From Candidatus Nezhaarchaeales archaeon (lineage in GTDB: Archaea > Thermoproteota > Methanomethylicia > Nezhaarchaeales > WYZ-LMO8), in contig JAWAKK010000002.1 in NCBI GenBank assembly GCA_038887515.1, forward strand, positions 76,989 to 140,988: a stretch of 64,000 bases of DNA, in the 5' to 3' direction. A program made the translations under genes and the position numbers. The first letter of the stretch is position 1. The number at the start of each line of letters is the position of its first letter. Below the pieces are notes generated by a model that worked only from the letters and a program-made list of their open reading frames with translations, ran no database searches and was not told the DNA's origin. Shown here in pieces: positions 60,065-64,000 of the stretch.

Positions 60065-60072
60065 TATTTAAA
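60065..60072 (-). promoter_or_regulatory. TATA box for the Glu/Trp microprotein gene
   Basis: TTTAAATA on the minus strand about 45 bp upstream of ATG 60022; the same octamer precedes leuC and the sRNA at 61617. Confidence 0.6.
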
Positions 60073-60122
60073 GTTACCGATAGGTTTGTGGAGAAGCTTT
60101 TAAGAAAAGCCCTCCTTTAAAC

Positions 60123-60668
60123 ATGCATGCTAAAAGGTGTTTAGCGTTGAAATTTAACTTACTGGTCTCCACGTACAGGAGCAGAGAAGATGAGTGTATA
60201 AGCGAGCTATGGTATTTATTCCGAGAGCTAGGCGACGATCAGGTAGAGATACGTAGAGCACCGGTTCCCGGACTACTGTTCGTAAGAACCAATCTTGATC
60301 CTTTTGAGGCATCTAAAAAGATTGGAGAGATAGCCAGAGAGAGACCTTGGGACGTAAGGTATACCTTGAAGCTTACTCCAATCGATGCCGTTACTAGCGA
60401 CGATCTGGATGAAATTAAGAGTGTAGCAGTTGCACTAGCAAATAAGAAGATACGTGAAGATGAAACTTTTAGGATAACGGTGAACAAAAGGCTTTCCAGC
60501 ATTAGTAGTAGGAAGCTTATAGAGGAAGTAGCCAAGGAGATTAATAGGAAAGTTAGCTTAAAGAAACCCGATAAGATTCTACAAATAGAAATAGTCGGGA
60601 AAGACGTAGGAATAGTCGTGTTAAAGCCAGAAGACGTAGTTTCAATAGTTAAGATAACTACCTCTTAA
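60123..60668 (+). CDS. Stand-alone THUMP-domain RNA-binding protein
   Basis: FNLLVST, ETFRITVNKR, VSLKKPDKILQIEIVG; start may be TTG 60147. Confidence 0.88.
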   Translation: MHAKRCLALKFNLLVSTYRSREDECISELWYLFRELGDDQVEIRRAPVPGLLFVRTNLDPFEASKKIGEIARERPWDVRYTLKLTPIDAVTSDDLDEIKSVAVALANKKIREDETFRITVNKRLSSISSRKLIEEVAKEINRKVSLKKPDKILQIEIVGKDVGIVVLKPEDVVSIVKITTS

Positions 60669-61269
60669 TTTTTAAAAGGGCCATCCTCGTTAAAACGCTC
60701 TTCAACTCGGCGCTTAAAACGGACGATTTGTAGCTAGTAGTAGATAGCTCATCGCTCTTAACGTTGAGCATCTTTAATAGAGAACCTGATTCTGGTGCCT
60801 TCAAAACATTAAGTGGCAACAAAACTTCAACGGGCAGGGAAGATAAAGCCGATAGCGATTCTTCTAAGACGTCCTTGTTAGGAGATATGATGTAAAGGCA
60901 AAACTCTCTAGCCCTATCATCTAACCCAGCAATTTTAAGAGCATTAGTTATCTGATCTTCACATGTAAGGCGTACCAAGAACTCTATGTTAAACTTGTTA
61001 CTTATGTTATCTCTAGTGACAAATGCTTTTAGAGTATGATAAAAGACGTGCAAGACGTGGACCGGCGATATTGCAAGTCCGGGGCGTGTTACCGCCCATA
61101 AAACCTTGAAAGGTTTGAAAACCTTCTCCAATGATTGGATTATTTCCTGCGATGGAAGTTCACTTCTTAACTTTATGTATATGATGCCTAAGCCTGTTTG
61201 ATCCTTGTTGCTTATAAGGAGAGATAGCAATTCCCTTGCGAAATCAATGTTCATGATTGGATCCACCAT
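60658..61269 (-). CDS. cgi121: KEOPS complex subunit Cgi121-like
   Basis: EFLVRLTCEDQITNALKIAG, VLTRMALL C-terminus; probable start ATG 61254. Confidence 0.72.
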   Translation of the reverse strand: MVDPIMNIDFARELLSLLISNKDQTGLGIIYIKLRSELPSQEIIQSLEKVFKPFKVLWAVTRPGLAISPVHVLHVFYHTLKAFVTRDNISNKFNIEFLVRLTCEDQITNALKIAGLDDRAREFCLYIISPNKDVLEESLSALSSLPVEVLLPLNVLKAPESGSLLKMLNVKSDELSTTSYKSSVLSAELKSVLTRMALLKIKR

Positions 61270-61543
61270 GAACTGATGGTATTAACGATATCTCTTTAAT
61301 ATCGCCTTGAGAAGTATTGACACCGCCGATGACGTTTACGTCAACGCCGTCAACCATAACTATTATATCGCTCCTTATGTTTCCTCCACTAGGTTCAAAG
61401 ACCCTCTTAAGGAGAGACTCGTTGTCTTTGCATGCCAAGCGTATTATGTCTATTATCTTGATACCTTGAGGTACATCCACTTCAATAGAGCTAGACTTCG
61501 CTAAACTTCGAAGCACCGCTAAGAAGTTCACTTTAACTTTCAT
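61244..61543 (-). CDS. Ubiquitin-like MoaD/ThiS (Urm1/SAMP) protein with a 5-aa extension after GG
   Basis: KVKVNFLAVLR beta-grasp start, DIIVMVDGVD, EISLIPSVHGG-SNHEH*. Confidence 0.88.
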   Translation of the reverse strand: MKVKVNFLAVLRSLAKSSSIEVDVPQGIKIIDIIRLACKDNESLLKRVFEPSGGNIRSDIIVMVDGVDVNVIGGVNTSQGDIKEISLIPSVHGGSNHEH

Positions 61544-61560
61544 ATTTTAAACCTCATAAA

Positions 61561-61617
61561 GAGGTCAGTTGAGGTACATGTCTTCACCTTTCAGTGCAGG
61601 TCAGCTTCTTCATCCCT
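61561..61617 (-). ncRNA. Box C/D 2'-O-methylation guide sRNA, predicted to target 16S rRNA helix 34
   Basis: Minus strand: AGG-G-ATGAAGA(C)-agctgacctgca-CTGA(D')-aag-GTGAAGA(C')-catgtacctcaa-CTGA(D)-CCT; two 12-nt guides, AGG/CCT stem, TTTAAATA box about 30 bp upstream. Confidence 0.9.
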
Positions 61618-61665
61618 ACTCCTAGAAGTACTTTGTAAGCATATTTAAATGTTCACGTAGGGTTT

Positions 61666-62883
61666 ATGTTATTGGTGGCTGCAATATCCTATGGTTATGG
61701 TAATAAGGAAAGCCCAGTACTTCTTAAAAGATCCCTACTTAGCATTATAGAGAAGAAGTTAAAGAGAGAGAAACTCAAAGTTGCTAAGAATGATAGCCAT
61801 TCTAAACGTAAACCCATAAGCTGTGGTCTTACGGTACATCCCGGTTCCGGTTGCCCCCTTCAATGTAGTTACTGCTATATTTACGACATGGGATTTAACA
61901 CGTATGCAACGCCATACTCTCTTGAAGGGCTTCAGCTCGTGGCAGCCCTTCTTTATAACAAGTATTTTTATCCTACTAGATGGGGTACTTATCTTGCATT
62001 CGGTAGCGTAACAGAACCCTTCCTTCCAAATATAATGCCTAAAACGTTGGAGTATTTGAAAGCCGTGTCAGAGTATTTAGGCAATCCTTGTCAAGTTTCC
62101 ACTAAGATGGTTATCCACGACGAAGTGATAGAAGAGCTCGTTGGCATAAAGGATTTAAAAATATCATTTTTAATCACGGTAACGAGTCTCAGACAATTCC
62201 TCCATCTAGAGGAGAAAGCTCCTCACCCCTTCAAACGATTGGAGAACTTGAAGAGGTTGAGGAAAAAAGGGTTTAAACCGTTCGTGTTCTTGAGACCCCT
62301 CTTGCCTGGATTAAGCGATGAAGAGCTAAGTGAGATAGTAGACCAAGCACGAGCTTCAGGTGCTTATGGCATTGTTATCGGCAATTTAAGGTTATCACAA
62401 AACATAATTAAAAGGCTTTTAGGCAAAGGTATAAACCTTTCAAAGCTCTTTACAACAGATTTTAGATCTCTAAAAAAGGGATTTATCGATATTAGAGTTA
62501 ATGGTAGGGTTTTATCATGCATTAGAGAAAGAGCTTTAGAGAGGGGACTCATCTTCGTGAAGAGGGCGTGCTGTGCCAATACGCTTTCGCAGTACCTCCA
62601 AGGACACAGTGATGTGGTGTGCCCCTCCTTATGTTTCCTAAACGAAAATGTATGCGAACCAACATGTCCTTCTCAATGTAGAAGAAAGGCTCTAGGAGAA
62701 CCTAATCACATAGATATGTATGAGACCATAGGAGAAGTTCTCGGATCAAATAAGTACGAAGTAGACGTGGAGAATCACGTTATTTCCATAAAGCTTAAGG
62801 AAAGCTTGAGAGATGAAAAGTCAGCATTATTCTCATTGATGTACCTCTTACGGAGGAAAATTAGATTTATAAAATCCACTTAG
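61666..62883 (+). CDS. Radical SAM protein of unknown function with a Cys-rich C-terminal region
   Basis: CPLQCSYC motif, AFGSVTEPF, QVSTK, FLRPLLPG; C-terminal ACC...CPSLC...CEPTCPSQC. Confidence 0.85.
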   Translation: MLLVAAISYGYGNKESPVLLKRSLLSIIEKKLKREKLKVAKNDSHSKRKPISCGLTVHPGSGCPLQCSYCYIYDMGFNTYATPYSLEGLQLVAALLYNKYFYPTRWGTYLAFGSVTEPFLPNIMPKTLEYLKAVSEYLGNPCQVSTKMVIHDEVIEELVGIKDLKISFLITVTSLRQFLHLEEKAPHPFKRLENLKRLRKKGFKPFVFLRPLLPGLSDEELSEIVDQARASGAYGIVIGNLRLSQNIIKRLLGKGINLSKLFTTDFRSLKKGFIDIRVNGRVLSCIRERALERGLIFVKRACCANTLSQYLQGHSDVVCPSLCFLNENVCEPTCPSQCRRKALGEPNHIDMYETIGEVLGSNKYEVDVENHVISIKLKESLRDEKSALFSLMYLLRRKIRFIKST

Positions 62884-63089
62884 GTTTGTACTTGCTCAGC
62901 TACTTTATAGCGTCTAGCAAGTCTAGTTAAGTACCCGCTAACTCTATTTAAGAAGTGTTTAGCTCTAACAGTTGAAACTTCTAGGACCAACTTCTTGTTT
63001 TGTGCGTAATCTAAGCTCACCTTGTCGTAGTACTGTTGAAATATCTGGATGGCTAACCTTTTCACGGTCAGCGGTCTTATCTTCCCCAT
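62880..63089 (-). CDS. rps17e: 30S ribosomal protein S17e
   Basis: MGKIRP..VKR, NKKLV, NRVSGYLTR. Confidence 0.95.
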   Translation of the reverse strand: MGKIRPLTVKRLAIQIFQQYYDKVSLDYAQNKKLVLEVSTVRAKHFLNRVSGYLTRLARRYKVAEQVQT

Positions 63090-63207
63090 GCGGTCTCGAC
63101 CTATGCCTATCGTTTAGGCAGGCTTTATTTAACCTTTTCTTTGAAGAGGTCCTAAGAAAATACTAATAGTAACTAAAGTTCATATTGATATACTGAGGTG
63201 GGGTGGT

Positions 63208-63444
63208 CTGGCAGAACTACCGTTAGCTCCAATAGATAGGATTATTAGAAGAGCTGGTGCTGAGCGTGTGGGAGACGACGCTGTCAAAGCTCTATGTAAA
63301 ATACTTGAAGATGTCGCACTCGACATTGCGCGGGAAGCCGTGGAACTGGCTCGTCACGCCGGTAGAAAGACCGTCACAGCTGAAGACGTCAATTTAGCTG
63401 TTAAACATGTCCTCCGCTGGCTTAGCGTAAGTATGTATAAATGA
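63208..63444 (+). CDS. Archaeal histone (HMf family), CTG start, C-terminal extension
   Basis: Manual translation: (M)AELPLAPIDRIIRRAGAERVGDDAVKALCKILEDVALDIAREAVELARHAGRKTVTAEDVNLAVKHVLRWLSVSMYK; GAGGTG SD 7 nt before CTG. Confidence 0.95.
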   Translation: MAELPLAPIDRIIRRAGAERVGDDAVKALCKILEDVALDIAREAVELARHAGRKTVTAEDVNLAVKHVLRWLSVSMYK

Positions 63445-63507
63445 TGAAATGCAGTTTTTATATACCGCAAGATAGTGATGTAGCAATTTTCTTTTCATAA
63501 GAAAAAG

Positions 63508-63531
63508 TTATATAGAAGCCCTTTCTCATAA
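63508..63531 (+). promoter_or_regulatory. Second thermosome promoter: TATA box plus AGAA-N5-TTCT
   Basis: TTATATAGAAGCccTTTCTcaTAA, preceded by a purine-rich BRE-like GAAAAAG. Confidence 0.7.
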
Positions 63532-63570
63532 CTCTCCGAAGAATATATCTTGAGGTAGAGGTGGCTCGCT

Positions 63571-64000
63571 ATGGTCGCAACAGTAGGCCAGGTTGGTCAA
63601 GTTGGTGGCATGCCCGTCTTAATTCTAAAGGAGGGCTCTACTAGGACATATGGCAGAGAAGCTCAGAGAGCTAACATAGCGGCTGCGAGGGCTATTGCTG
63701 AAACTCTAAGGACTACCTTGGGACCTCGAGGAATGGATAAGATGCTCGTAGATAGCTTAGGGGATGTCACGATAACAAATGACGGGGCTACTATACTTGA
63801 CGAGATGGATGTACAACATCCTGCCGCTAAGATGCTTGTAGAGATAGCTAAAGCTCAAGATGAAGAGGTTGGCGATGGGACCACGACTGTTGTAGTTTTA
63901 GCTGGCGAACTTTTAAAGAGAGCTGAAGAGCTGATGGCCAAGAACATCCACCCAACGGTAATAATCGACGGATATGGCAAAGCCCTTGAGTTCTGCCAAA
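63571..64000 (+). CDS. ths: Second thermosome subunit, truncated by the window end
   Basis: [23 protein letters not shown]...[27 protein letters not shown]...GDGTTT. Confidence 0.97.
   Translation, partial: MVATVGQVGQVGGMPVLILKEGSTRTYGREAQRANIAAARAIAETLRTTLGPRGMDKMLVDSLGDVTITNDGATILDEMDVQHPAAKMLVEIAKAQDEEVGDGTTTVVVLAGELLKRAEELMAKNIHPTVIIDGYGKALEFCQ

Noticed and set aside
60090-60115. Imperfect dyad GGAG-AA-GCTTTT-AAG-AAAAGC-C-CTCC in the peptide/THUMP divergent promoter
   Set aside because: Short, A/T-run based and overlapping a probable TATA box; no second copy found to support an operator.
1128-63166. Dozens of 60-160 aa ORFs in the track lying antisense to, or out of frame within, recognised genes (e.g. 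8435-8920, 31051-31485, 33623-33994, 50042-50395, 32418-32699)
   Set aside because: They overlap well-supported genes, show no recognisable motifs and have the Ser/Thr/Leu/Ile-rich composition typical of shadow frames.
63441-63500. ATGATGA and GTGATGT after the histone stop as C and C' boxes
   Set aside because: No CTGA D or D' boxes at guide distance; the region reads better as a terminator plus the thermosome promoter.
1-64000. CRISPR arrays, IS elements, inteins, Sec/Pyl read-through
   Set aside because: No regularly spaced repeats or transposase motifs seen; NrdD, IleRS, PpsA and Rli have normal lengths; no split conserved gene requiring stop read-through was seen.

Overview
A 64-kb, gene-dense segment of archaeal core chromosome. 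It carries TBP, Rpo4/6/11, TFS, PCNA-PriL-PriS-GINS, two thermosome subunits, AglB, FBP aldolase/phosphatase, type II GAPDH and an HMf-type histone. This gene set suggests a histone-bearing TACK/Thermoproteota lineage (inference from gene content only). I found no mobile element, integrase, CRISPR array or rRNA. Several elements are absent from the supplied ORF track: a partial KaiC/RAD55-like gene (1-298), Nop10, tRNA-Ser(TGA), two box C/D guide RNAs, a histone gene that must start at CTG, and a 24-aa ORF made only of Glu and Trp with its own TATA box and SD-like run (59948-60022, minus strand). Other notable points: rps19 and rpl21e each lie inverted inside otherwise canonical operons, and rps19 is flanked by a 14/15-bp direct repeat. 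A 20/24-bp motif is shared by both thermosome promoters. A Urm1/SAMP-like protein has a 5-residue extension after its Gly-Gly motif and sits in a THUMP-Cgi121-Urm1-sRNA-radical SAM cluster. Product calls rest on recognised motifs and conserved gene order; no database searches were run.
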